A stretch of DNA of 64,000 nucleotides from the NCBI RefSeq assembly GCF_000143415.4, contig NW_003314379.1:248001-312000 (forward strand), given 5' to 3'. A program made the position numbers and the translations under genes. The DNA is from Selaginella moellendorffii (lineage: Eukaryota > Plantae > Lycopodiophyta). The notes under the pieces were generated by a model. The model was not told the DNA's origin. It searched no databases and was given only the letters and a program-made list of their open reading frames with translations. Positions 47,527 through 58,837 of this stretch are shown one piece after another (positions within the stretch are counted from its first letter, which is position 1; the number at the start of each line of letters is the position of its first letter).

Positions 47527-48180
47527 ATGTCTTACAAGTTAGCCATTTGTCTAGTTGCCATTTGTGCCATTTCTTTCGTCCATGGTTCAGATGAAGATGC
47601 CCTCCAGGATTTCTGTGTCCGCGACAAAGACAGCAACACCATCGTCAATGGATTCACTTGCAAGCCTGCTGCGGCCACTCTAGCCAGTGATTTCATGTTC
47701 CAGGGACTCAGGAACCCCGGGAACACCAACAACAAGCTCGGATCCATAGTCACCAATGCAAATGTTGGCGTATTCCCGGGAATCAACACTCTTGGAGTCT
47801 CTTTTGCGAGGATTGATTATGCTCCATACGGTGTCAATCCCCCTCACGTCCACCCCCGAGGAACCGAGCTCCTCTTCCTCCAGCAAGGAACACTCTATGT
47901 TGGATTCGTGAGCACCACCAACAACACACTCTTCGCTCAAACTTTGCATCCAGGGGATCTCTTTGTGTTTCCGCGTGGTCTCATTCACTTCCAGCTCAAC
48001 GTTGGGGAGACACCGGCTGTTGCTCTTGCGGGATTCAACTCCCAGAATCCGGGTGTCACCCAGGTAGCCAAAGCAGTGTTTGCATCCAATCCTCCCATTT
48101 ATGACGCTGTCATCGAGAGGGCGTTCCAGATCAATCCCAAGCTCATCCAGCAGCTCAGGGACCTCATCAAGCAAACTTAA
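47527..48180 (+). CDS. Germin-like protein copy 4 (B-type)
   Basis: Intact 217-aa ORF from MSYKL; the upstream extension in the ORF track is promoter sequence. Confidence 0.95.
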   Translation: MSYKLAICLVAICAISFVHGSDEDALQDFCVRDKDSNTIVNGFTCKPAAATLASDFMFQGLRNPGNTNNKLGSIVTNANVGVFPGINTLGVSFARIDYAPYGVNPPHVHPRGTELLFLQQGTLYVGFVSTTNNTLFAQTLHPGDLFVFPRGLIHFQLNVGETPAVALAGFNSQNPGVTQVAKAVFASNPPIYDAVIERAFQINPKLIQQLRDLIKQT

Positions 48181-48436
48181 TCAGCTTGTTCTCGCATTAA
48201 TTCTTTCATAAATTCCAATAATATTCAAATTTTGCCTGGCTTACCAAAAAGCAAGAAAGTTTTTGTCACGCTGCAAATATTACGACAATATCACGAGGCT
48301 TGTTAGTTCCTTCATGGCTTGACCAAACTGAAACAATCCACACTCTGGTTTTGATCAAGCTAGTGAAATTAACATGTTTATCCTCGTTCAATCTTGATTC
48401 TTAGTAAAATGACCAAGCAAGATCTGGTGTGCTCAA

Positions 48437-49333
48437 GGAAGGGGGCATGATGCTAATCCCCTCGAATGGCACGTAAGGCCCGCCAGCAAACACCGGAGTT
48501 CCATAGCCAAAGTCGAGCTCGTAGATTGGAAGCTGGGCCCAGCTCGTCACGCTCAAGTTTGGGCTCAGCACCGTTTTGCCACTCCTCGCGATCTGGACGG
48601 GGTTCTTCTGCTGGAGCTCCACGAAGTCCATCTGGGAGCGGATGTACCCGTTGTCAAGCCGCTTGATGGAACCCTGGATGAGATCCGTGGCGTAGGATGC
48701 TGGTTTCTCCAGGAGATCCTTCGCGGTGCTGTGGCTGCTGGCGTGGGAGATGACGTTGCCGAAGTAGTCGTCGGGGATGGGAGGAACGAGCCTCTTGTTG
48801 GTCGCGATCAAAACTCGGGTTTGGACTTCACCATCGATGCCATGGGCGCGAGTGATGCACTTCCAGAGATGACTCGTGAGGCTGACGAACGTAGAGGATC
48901 CTCGGGCATCGCCTTCTTTCGTCGCCGACTGCTTGATCCTCTTGAGGAGATCGATGCTGAAGTGGAGCTTCTATACCGAGAGTGGGGGATTCTCGGGCTG
49001 AGGAGCGTCCGGCTTGGGCGGAGGACGCTTGTACTCTGGATGCTCGAACTTTGGCTGCGGTGGATGGTTGGCCATGAGAAAAGATTGGAGGAACGATTGG
49101 AGTCTTCTTGACAATGCTGGCCCAGGCATTCATGAAAGCGCTGGCACCTTCTCCATCCGCGACTTGGTGCTTCCTTGCCACTCCCACAGTGATTCCACCT
49201 CAAGTGAATTTGGTTACCTGGAAAAAAGAAAACTCTGAAAACATCCTTTTGGTGGAAACAAAGAAGCTTGCAAATGAAGGAACGAAAGCAATCAATGTAG
49301 CCCACCAAGAAGAAGGAAAGAAGACATCTAGCC
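48437..49333 (-). pseudogene. BAHD acyltransferase pseudogene 2
   Basis: HQVADG and DFGYG retained; frameshifting deletions, 3' truncation, no exon 1. Confidence 0.9.
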
Positions 49334-49950
49334 TCAGAGCGATGCATGTGACAGTGATTCAATTTCCCAGCGATGGCTGCTTGGATTCTGCTCAAAACCT
49401 CCACGTCAAGGGTCTTCGAGCTTGACTACTCTACAAGGGCGTGTTAAAGCGTCAACACCATCTTGACTCATGGTCGCGTTCTCCCTTGTTCGTCCTCCTC
49501 GAGGAATGCAAGAGAGAATAGAGTTGGTAAATCTCTGTGTAGAGAGAAAGAGATGGAAGAGAATGCTGCCGTACTGCTTCTTCGCCTTGCAAACAATTTC
49601 CTTCTATTCATCTCTGGTGGAGTGTGACATCTTCAACGAAGCCAACGTTTTAGTTAAGGACTAATTCTTGGTCCATGTCTTCTTGGTTCTTTCCTTTTGA
49701 TGGATTGAATGTAGCATACCTTCAGTTCTTTTGATAACGGCTTGACCACCACCGGATCAACCTGAATAATGATTTCGTCACCTTGAACCGGTGAAATTAA
49801 CGTGTTCTCCATTGTCTCAGTAAAATGACCAAGTCAGATCTGGAGTGCTCACAACTCCTATATAAACTCCAGCGACCTCCACACTTCTCCCCACTCCATT
49901 CTTTATCAATTCAGTAGCATCACAACAAAAAATCTGTGTGAAGATACAAG

Positions 49951-50604
49951 ATGTCTTACAAGTTAGCCATTTGTCTAGTTGCCATTTGTGCCATTGCTTT
50001 CGTCCATGGATCAGATGAAGATGCCCTCCAGGATTTCTGTGTCCGCGACGGAAACAGCAACACCATCGTCAATGGATTCACTTGCAAACCTGCTGCGGCC
50101 ACTCTAGCCAGTGATTTCATGTTCCAGGGACTCAGGAACCCCGGGAACACCAACAACAAGCTCGGATCCATAGTCACCAATGCAAATGTTGGCGTATTCC
50201 CGGGAATCAACACTCTTGGAGTCTCTTTTGCGAGGATTGATTATGCTCCATACGGTGTCAATCCCCCTCACGTCCACCCCCGAGGAACCGAGCTCCTCTT
50301 CCTCCAGCAAGGAACACTCTATGTTGGATTCGTGAGCACCACCAACAACACACTCTTCGCTCAAACTTTGCATCCAGGGGATCTCTTTGTGTTTCCGCGT
50401 GGTCTCATTCACTTCCAGCTCAACGTTGGGAAGACACCGGCTGTTGCTCTTGCGGGATTCAACTCCCAGAATCCCGGTGTCACCCAGGTAGCCAAAGCCG
50501 TGTTTGCATCAAATCCTCCCATTTATGACGCTGTCATCGAGAGGGCGTTCCAGATCAATCGCAAGCTCATCCAGCAGCTCAGGGACCTCATCAAGCAAAC
50601 TTAA
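49951..50604 (+). CDS. Germin-like protein copy 5 (A-type)
   Basis: Intact 217-aa ORF. Confidence 0.95.
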   Translation: MSYKLAICLVAICAIAFVHGSDEDALQDFCVRDGNSNTIVNGFTCKPAAATLASDFMFQGLRNPGNTNNKLGSIVTNANVGVFPGINTLGVSFARIDYAPYGVNPPHVHPRGTELLFLQQGTLYVGFVSTTNNTLFAQTLHPGDLFVFPRGLIHFQLNVGKTPAVALAGFNSQNPGVTQVAKAVFASNPPIYDAVIERAFQINRKLIQQLRDLIKQT

Positions 50605-51328
50605 TCAATTTGCTTTTGCAATGATTCTTCTGTAATTTTCAAGAATAAGATTGAATAAAGAACTTTACCTTTCAACTGTTTAAAATAATTAAAATACCAA
50701 TTAAATAAGTTAAGCCTGAAATATTTGTACGGCTGCTTTGTAAATAACTGCCTTCACTGTCTGCTGAAGCGGGAAAACTTAAATTTTAGGGCTCGTGTGG
50801 TGGCTCCATGACAATGCCGGGGGATCCCAGCGCCATGGCAGCGATCTTGAGGTAGGGCATTTCTCGCGTCCAGAGGCCAATGCGAATTCATATTCGTGCT
50901 ACCAGCAAAATCTCAAGAAATTTATGGTGTAATATCACCACATTATATTAGCATTATAGAATTTCTCTCGTTAATTATTACTATTTTTTGGATTTGTTTT
51001 GAATATTTTAATTTTGAGAATTGGTTTGGTTCCTTCATTTTTGGTAATGGTTTGAGACCACGACCCGATCAAACTGATACAATCCACACTATGGTTTTGA
51101 TCAAGTCAGTGAAATTAGCGTGTTATCCTTCTTTGTCCTCTTCAATCTTTATTCTTGACCAAGTCAGATCTGGAGTGCTTGACACTGCCAGTCAGTGACA
51201 ACTACTATATAAACTCAACCAAACTCCACATTTCACCTCATTCCATTCTTCGTCAATCGAGTAGCATCACAGCAAAAAATATCAAAAGCTTTGATCAATC
51301 AGCTGAACTCTTACTGCCAAGATACAAG

Positions 51329-51982
51329 ATGTCTTACAAGTTAGCCATTTGTCTAGTTGCCATTTGTGCCATTTCTTTCGTCCATGGTTCAGATGAAGAT
51401 GCCCTCCAGGATTTCTGTGTCCGCGACAAAGACAGCAACACCATCGTCAATGGATTCACTTGCAAGCCTGCTGCGGCCACTCTAGCCAGTGATTTCATGT
51501 TCCAGGGACTCAGGAACCCCGGGAACACCAACAACAAGCTCGGATCCATAGTCACCAATGCAAATGTTGGCGTATTCCCGGGAATCAACACTCTTGGAGT
51601 CTCTTTTGCGAGGATTGATTATGCTCCATACGGTGTCAATCCCCCTCACGTCCACCCCCGAGGAACCGAGCTCCTCTTCCTCCAGCAAGGAACACTCTAT
51701 GTTGGATTCGTGAGCACCACCAACAACACACTCTTCGCTCAAACTTTGCATCCAGGGGATCTCTTTGTGTTTCCGCGTGGTCTCATTCACTTCCAGCTCA
51801 ACGTTGGGGAGACACCGGCTGTTGCTCTTGCGGGATTCAACTCCCAGAATCCGGGTGTCACCCAGGTAGCCAAAGCCGTGTTTGCATCCAATCCTCCCAT
51901 TTATGACGCTGTCATCGAGAGGGCGTTCCAGATCAATCCCAAGCTCATCCAGCAGCTCAGGGACCTCATCAAGCAAACTTAA
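51329..51982 (+). CDS. Germin-like protein copy 6 (B-type)
   Basis: Intact 217-aa ORF from MSYKL. Confidence 0.95.
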   Translation: MSYKLAICLVAICAISFVHGSDEDALQDFCVRDKDSNTIVNGFTCKPAAATLASDFMFQGLRNPGNTNNKLGSIVTNANVGVFPGINTLGVSFARIDYAPYGVNPPHVHPRGTELLFLQQGTLYVGFVSTTNNTLFAQTLHPGDLFVFPRGLIHFQLNVGETPAVALAGFNSQNPGVTQVAKAVFASNPPIYDAVIERAFQINPKLIQQLRDLIKQT

Positions 51983-52340
51983 TCAGCTTGTTCTCGCATT
52001 AATTCTTTCATAAATTTCAGTAATAGTCAAACTTTGCCTGGCTTACCAAAAACTTGTCACACTGCAAATATTACCACAATATCACGATAAAAGGGTCAGT
52101 GTAAAGGCTTGTACGACCCGGACAAACTGAAACAATCCACACTATGGTTTTGATCAAGCCAGTGAAATTAACGTGTTTATCCTCGTTCAATCTTGATTCT
52201 TAGTAAATGACAGTGTGCTCTCACCATATAAACTCCAGTATAGATTCTCACTCCATTCTGGAACTCATGAAAGCTTTTCTAGATAAGAGCCAATCGATTC
52301 ATTCAAGCTCCGGTCAAGGACTTGCGATGGATTCCACTTG

Positions 52341-53770
52341 CTATACATCGAAGCAAATGTCCTGGAGCTTGGCCATATCTGGTTCAAACAGGCCGATGAT
52401 CACGTCGATGCTTCCATCCCTGGTGTAGGAAGGGAGCATGATGCTAATCCCCTCGAATGGCACGTAAGGCCCGCCAGCAAACACCGGAGTTCCATAGCCA
52501 AAGTCGAGCTCGTAGATTGGAAGCTGCACCCAGCTCGTCACGCTCAAGTTTGGGCTCAGCACAGTCTTGCCACTCCTCGCGATCTGGACGGGGTTCTTCT
52601 GCTGGAGCTCCACGCAGTCCATCTGGGAGCGGATGTACTCGTTGTCAAGCCGCTTGATGGAAGCCTGGATGAGATCCGTGGCGTAGGATGCTGGTTTCTC
52701 CAGGAGATCCTTCGCGGTGCTGTGGCTGCTGGCGTGGGAGATGACGTTGCCGAAGTAGTCGTCGGGGATGGGAGGGACGAGCCTCTTTCGCCCGTTGGCC
52801 GCGATCAAAACTCGGGTTTGGACTTCACCATCGATGCCACGGGCCCGAGTGATGCACTTCCAGAGATGGCTCGTGAGGCTGACGAACGTAGAGGGTCCTC
52901 GGGCATCGCCTTCTGTCGTCGCCGACTGCTTGATCTTCTTGAGGAGATCGATGCTGAAGTGGAGCTTCTTTACCGAGAGTGGGGGATACTCGGGCTGAGT
53001 AGCGTCCGCCTTGGGCGGAGGACGCTTGTACTCTGGATGCTCGAACTTTGGCTGCGGTGGATCGTTGGCCATGAGGAAAGACCTGTCGTGCTTTGGAGGA
53101 ACGATTGGAGTCTTCTTGACAATGCTGGCCCAGGCATTCATGAAAGCGCTGGCACCTTCTCCATCCGCGACTTGGTGCTGCCTTGCCACTCCCACAGTGA
53201 TTCCACCACAAGTGAATTTGGTTACCTGGAACAAAGAAAACTCTCAAGACACCCTTTCGTGGAAACAAAGGAGCTTGCAAGCGAAGGAACGAAAGCAATC
53301 AATGTAGCCAACCAAGAAGAAGGAAAGAAGACATCTAGCCAGAAACTGGAGACCAAGAAAAACGAGAGAGAAGCTCATACCTGGATGAGGAGGAGCTCGG
53401 GAACACCTCTGTTAACAGGCACCAGATCCAGCAGCAGTGGACTGGGATTGAAAGGCATGACACTTTCAAGCTCGCCATCGATCTCTGCCTCGATGAAGAC
53501 CACACCCTCATCGTTTAGATCAATCACAGCCCGCCCATTCTCATCCTTGCCCAGCCGCCCCGCCCATTCCCTGTAATCCGAGAGAACCTTGGCCAGTCCC
53601 TCCTCGAGATCCGCCACTGGAGGAGCCGGAGCCTTGAACGCGTAGATAATCTCCACATGGACGCGAGGAACCACCAGATCCGAGCTGCTCAGTGGGATGA
53701 ATGCCGGTAGCGACGCCGCCGCTGGAGCCGAGGGCTTGATGATCCGGGCCTCGCCACGCGTTACCTTCAT
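52341..53770 (-). CDS. BAHD acyltransferase (hydroxycinnamoyl-transferase-like), 424 aa, exons 53770-53381 and 53225-52341
   Basis: HXXXD (HQVADG), DFGYG, WAGRL and YFGN motifs; conserved intron after Q in LLIQ|VTKFTCGG. Confidence 0.93.
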
Positions 53771-53972
53771 CCTGTGCAGCTCGATCGACCTGGCTATGGC
53801 GCCCTACTGGATTGTATCGATCAAACCCTTCCCACGAGAATCGTGCCGAGCGCGACCTAAATCCCTGGCGAGGGAGAAGTGGAGTTCATTGCTGGAATTT
53901 ATAAAGGCGCATTGACTGGTTGGCTGATAAGTAGGTGTGCTGACCATTCTTGACCAAAGAACGTTCAAAAGT

Positions 53973-54845
53973 ATGACATGGAATGCCATGCTGGCAGTCA
54001 ACTTAATCTTGACTCTTGGAACACCATGTATTTTAGGGTTCTTTTCCATGGCCGCGGCGCTGCTGCGCTGCCTTCCGCACGCTCTAGCAATGCTCGCTTC
54101 CAATTTCATCCACTATCGATCGCTGTGGGCGGCGCAAGAGACGGCGGCGAGGCGCGTCCACGCTCGCAAGCGCCTGCTCGTGGATGCCTACAAGCAAGAA
54201 CACGTCCCTCTCACATTCGATCTCATGGGAAGCCCAGAGATGCGACGAGCCAGGTACACAATCAAGCTCCTCCGCTACCTCATCACGCTCGCGCACATCA
54301 TCGCCTTCTATCCTCTCATCGAAGAGCTTCACTTGGAGCAGTTCACGGTCGCCTGGGCAGTGCTTGCCCAGGCAGTGATCGCTGGATTGTTGGCGGGGCT
54401 CGTGACCATCTACCTGGACGAGAATCGGCACCAGGAGATGAGAACCGCCTGGAATCCTGCCCAGGATTTTGGCTCCAAGAAAGTGGGAGCTGCGTGGGAT
54501 TGTCTGCGAGTAGCTGGCGGCTGCCTCGCGGTCCCGATCGAAGAGGAGCTCTTTTATCACTCTTGGCTCTACCGATTCATGCTCGCCAAGCTCTCGCGCG
54601 ACCGATCGCGGGGCTTTGAGGCGGTGGGGCTGAGGACTTGGAACTGGCTGCTGTGTGTAGCGAGCAATGGATTCTTCGCAGTCCACAACGGGATGGAATG
54701 GCGGAGTTGCTTGCTCGCTGGCTGCCTGTTCCAGTGGATCATCGCTTACCGGGGCCAATTCCTCGATGGTCTCATTGCGCATGTTGTTTGCAACATCACC
54801 ATCAGCTGCTGGGTGCTCGTCTCTGGCCAGCGCCACTTCTGGTAG
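53973..54845 (+). CDS. CPBP/Abi-family intramembrane glutamic protease (CAAX prenyl protease-related), intronless
   Basis: VPIEEELFYHSWLYR, FAVH..EW, IAHVVCN, C-terminal WVLVSGQRHFW; multiple transmembrane segments. Confidence 0.8.
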   Translation: MTWNAMLAVNLILTLGTPCILGFFSMAAALLRCLPHALAMLASNFIHYRSLWAAQETAARRVHARKRLLVDAYKQEHVPLTFDLMGSPEMRRARYTIKLLRYLITLAHIIAFYPLIEELHLEQFTVAWAVLAQAVIAGLLAGLVTIYLDENRHQEMRTAWNPAQDFGSKKVGAAWDCLRVAGGCLAVPIEEELFYHSWLYRFMLAKLSRDRSRGFEAVGLRTWNWLLCVASNGFFAVHNGMEWRSCLLAGCLFQWIIAYRGQFLDGLIAHVVCNITISCWVLVSGQRHFW

Positions 54846-55239
54846 TAGCCAATCTAAGATCGACCAAGATATCATTCATCGAACCACATAACATCAAGCT
54901 CCAAGAACATTGATCGATCTATAAGTATCATCGCTCCAAGTATATCATCAAGCTCCAGGAACAAAAGTAAGCTGACTTTTTTTTATATATATCATTCTGA
55001 GGTTTTTGTCTCACCAGACTGAAGCAGATTCGAGCACCAAGGGCTTCTCGCAAAGTTTTAAAGCAATGCGTTTGAAAGGCATTTGCTGCAAACACGAGAT
55101 CCTTGTATGTAACTTATTGATCTTAAGCTGATAGCTGATTTTGGAACCTCGGCTTTGAAGGATCTCGAGAGTATCACTGAAAGACACTACTTTATAGCCC
55201 CCACCGGGCATACACGCCCTTTAGAGTAAGTAGTGGCTT

Positions 55240-55860
55240 ATGATCCAGCATATACATCAAGCTCGAAGAACCTCAGCATGCAAGGTTCTGAGCACCACGG
55301 GATCGTAGCTGAAAGACACGCTGAGCTTGAAAACCTCCACCAAGCTGATCGTTGGGAACTTGGATCACCATCACAACCTTGAAATGTCTTCAGGTAGCTC
55401 ACAGCTTGGAAGAAATACTTCTCATCACTTGCTGCGTTTTTCAGCTGGAGCGCCTCCCATGTTCGTATCTCCACAACGTCGGGCTGGTAGATCCGGTAAG
55501 AGTGCACAACCGAGCTGAGCTCGTACAATCCAGAGATGCTGACCTCTCTCTGCCACCGCTGCACACGCTCACTCCGATCGACGACTAAGGCGTGGCGATA
55601 GGCTTTGGTTGCCAATGATGGCGATCCCATTGGTCGTCCACTGGATTGTATACCTCGGCGTCCAATCCCCCTCACACGGTTCTACGTAGAGCCAACCAAG
55701 TACATTTGAGGACACAGCATTGGCCCCAGGGCGTTCCATCTGTGCATCAAAGATGCTCACCGATTTCCGGCAGCTCCATCCCCCGAGAAGATAAAGCTTG
55801 CTTGCCGAGAGCTCTGCAGTGCCGTGGATGTGCGGTGGAGGAGGAAGAATCATTCCACGC
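55240..55860 (-). pseudogene. Kelch-repeat debris, inverted homolog of 29300-29960
   Basis: SKLYLLGGW..KSVSIFDA; RFFELDVY shared with ~29930. Confidence 0.6.
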
Positions 55861-56038
55861 TTTCATGGAGGGGTGTGACTAGAGTGAAGAGGTTGACCGA
55901 TCTGCTGTGCCTGTCCGATTGGGTGTCTCGACTTGTGAGGCCTCCACGCTCGCGCATTTGGTCAGTGGTATTTGATGGTCTTTCGACAAGAAAATTTTGA
56001 TTAGGTATTATTGAAATTTATACGCAAGAACAAACTGA

Positions 56039-56692
56039 CTAAGTTTGCTTGATGAGATCCCTGAGCTGCTGAATGAGCTTGGGATTGATCTGGAACGCCC
56101 TCTCGATGACCGCGTCATAAATGGGAGGGTTTGATGCAAACACGGCTTTGGCTACCTGGGTGACACCGGGATTCTGGGAGTTGAATCCCGCAAGAGCAAC
56201 AGCCGGTGTCTTCCCAACGTTGAGCTGGAAGTGAATGAGACCACGCGGAAACACAAAGAGATCTCCTGGATGCAAAGTTTGAGCGAAGAGTGTGTTGTTG
56301 GTGGTGCTCACGAATCCAACATAGAGAGTTCCTTGCTGGAGGAAGAGGAGCTCGGTTCCTCGGGGGTGGACGTGAGGGGGATTGACACCGTATGGAGCAT
56401 AATCAATCCTCGCAAAAGAGACGCCAAGAGTGTTGATTCCCGGGAATACGCCAACATTTGCATTGGTGACTATGGATCCGAGCTTGTTGTTGGTGTTCCC
56501 GGGGTTCCTGAGTCCCTGGAACATGAAATCACTGGCTAGAGTGGCCGCAGCAGGCTTGCAAGTGAATCCATTGACGATGGTGTTGCTGTTTTTGTCGCGG
56601 ACACAGAAATCCTGGAGGGCATCTTCATCTGAACCATGGACGAAAGAAATGGCACAAATGGCAACTAGACAAATGGCTAACTTGTAAGACAT
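56039..56692 (-). CDS. Germin-like protein copy 7 (inverted, A-type promoter)
   Basis: Intact 217-aa ORF; TATA and TGACCAAGTCA upstream at ~56780-56810. Confidence 0.95.
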   Translation of the reverse strand: MSYKLAICLVAICAISFVHGSDEDALQDFCVRDKNSNTIVNGFTCKPAAATLASDFMFQGLRNPGNTNNKLGSIVTNANVGVFPGINTLGVSFARIDYAPYGVNPPHVHPRGTELLFLQQGTLYVGFVSTTNNTLFAQTLHPGDLFVFPRGLIHFQLNVGKTPAVALAGFNSQNPGVTQVAKAVFASNPPIYDAVIERAFQINPKLIQQLRDLIKQT

Positions 56693-57704
56693 CTTGTATC
56701 TTCACACAGATTCTGTGTTGTGATGCTACTTAATTGATGAAGAATTGAGTGAGGAGAAATGTGGAGGTCGCTGGACTTTATATACTACTCCAGATCTGAC
56801 TTGGTCATTTTACTGGAACAGAGAACACGTTAATCAGACTTGATCAGATGTTACATTCTATTTATCTTCCGAGGAAAGAACCAAGAAGAAGTGGACCAAG
56901 AACTGTTCCTTGAAAACTGAGAGATGGGTGTCGGCGGTTTTGGGACAACACGGCATGCCGTTCGCAGACACAAAAAAGGAGTTTGCGAACGTTGTAAGGA
57001 TTGGTTTGGGAGGGGCATTCATACACACGCTGTCCATTTGACAGCTGTGAGGCCCAACAAGTTGAACAACAAGTCACAGCCGTGAGAGTTTTTGATTCGT
57101 CCTAAATAGGGAAATGGTAGCGCCATGTGTCACTCAAGGACTTTCCGCCGGCTCCAGATCAGGTGAGTGATCAAGCCTCTATTGTTTCTGTGATCTTTTT
57201 CCTGCAGGCCCCAGGAATTATAAAAGAAGGCCTGAGCTTAGCTTGTGACTCACTGTGTGGATTTTGCTCTGTTTTGATTCAAGCACGCTGATCAATGGAG
57301 CCTGCAAAGTGGGAAGAAAAAGAAGAACAGTGTCCAGCATACACGCTCACGAAAAAGATAAGGGCGAGGAGAGCGGAAAATGCGTACAGGAAATCCAACA
57401 TCTCCTCTCGAGACTGGGATGAGGACTAAACTCGAATTGATCAATGGACAGACCGAGATCAAGCATCCATTTTCTTAGCACGATATTCGGCTGCACAGGT
57501 GTACGGAAAAATCTGTACTGTGCTGCATCGTTTCTTCCGGCGAGTCGAGTGTCCCATGGCCAAATGCGCCGGACGGTGTTGCTCAGGCATGGAAACCAAG
57601 GTGGTGGCGGTTTAAGCTCAGCGTGCCTTTCAGCGATGATCTCAGAACCTGGTTATTCGAGCTTGATGTATATGGGAAGAGCACCATGGGACATCAGGTA
57701 GCGG

Positions 57705-57935
57705 GGTGAACTGGGAAAAGTACTCGCTTGAAGGCCAAATAATTAGAGTCTATTGTCAGCGATTTGTAAGCTTCTTGCAGAAGACCACAGTAAGTGGACG
57801 GCTGGAATGCCCGATCTTCTGCTGTGGAAGGAGCAGCTGGCCGAAGTCAAGGGTCGCTTGTCCGAGCAACAGGTGGCCTGGTTTCTTATTCTCTCGGACG
57901 CTAATTTTCCAATGGAACTTTGCAAGGTCTCACAT
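57705..57935 (+). pseudogene. FAN1-like VRR-NUC nuclease fragment
   Basis: ICKLLAEDHSKWTAGMPDLLLW..AEVKG..RLSEQQVAW..ELCKV (PD..ExK); no rest of gene nearby. Confidence 0.7.
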
Positions 57936-58837
57936 GTGGTGTCACTTGTGGACATTAACTTCTTTTGAACACTTCTTTGACTTGTATGTGAATTCTTTCC
58001 TTCAGGCTTTGAACTTCTGAGGTCAAGACATGACAACGAGAAGCTTCTACAGAAGGCCCTTTTGCAACACCAACCAAGAATCGAACCACGTCCGCTTCAA
58101 GCTCCTGGTTTGCATGAGTTACCTTTCCAAGATGCTTTTAGACAGGGATAGTGATAGAGACGAGGAGAAGGTTGCAACCCCGCGGCAGAGCAGATACCAG
58201 GCTTACATTTATGACTTCAATTCCATCATAACAGGCTGCGTCCAGCCTCCGGACAGTGATCAAGAACAGCCCGACCAGGAAGTATTTAGCGTGCTCAACT
58301 AGTGCGCCAGAGAGAGCAGTAGCCACCAGCAACTCGGCACAGGTTTACTTTATGGGCCATGACTTCCACACTTGTCGGTCGTGCAGCCGGGCCTTGAACT
58401 CGCCAACGGTCGAGCCTTACTCAAGAACCACCGCGTCCTGCTCTCGACCATTTCCAGCTCCGAGTCGATGCAGTGCGCGGGCATCGCCACCGCGAAAGCC
58501 ATCGACCAGCAAGCACAATCCAAGAAAGGAATGGGAGCTCTAAACCTCCCTCTCGTAAAATATTTTGTAGTACGAGTCCATGAACAACTGCTGCTCCTCG
58601 AGATGTTCTTCTAGCGGCATGACTGTAACTTTCAATACTATAATTAATGGCTGTTATAACTAAACACGGTATGCTACAAAACATTAAAGCTGTGGCTGCT
58701 AAGTTTATGAGAACTTGGATCAATTACGCTGGTTTTATATCAAAGTCGTTAGTGCCACCCGTGAACATATTGACTACGAATGCCATGAACTCCCTAAGAA
58801 GTTTCTTACTTATTTCGAAATATTATGGATCTTTAGT

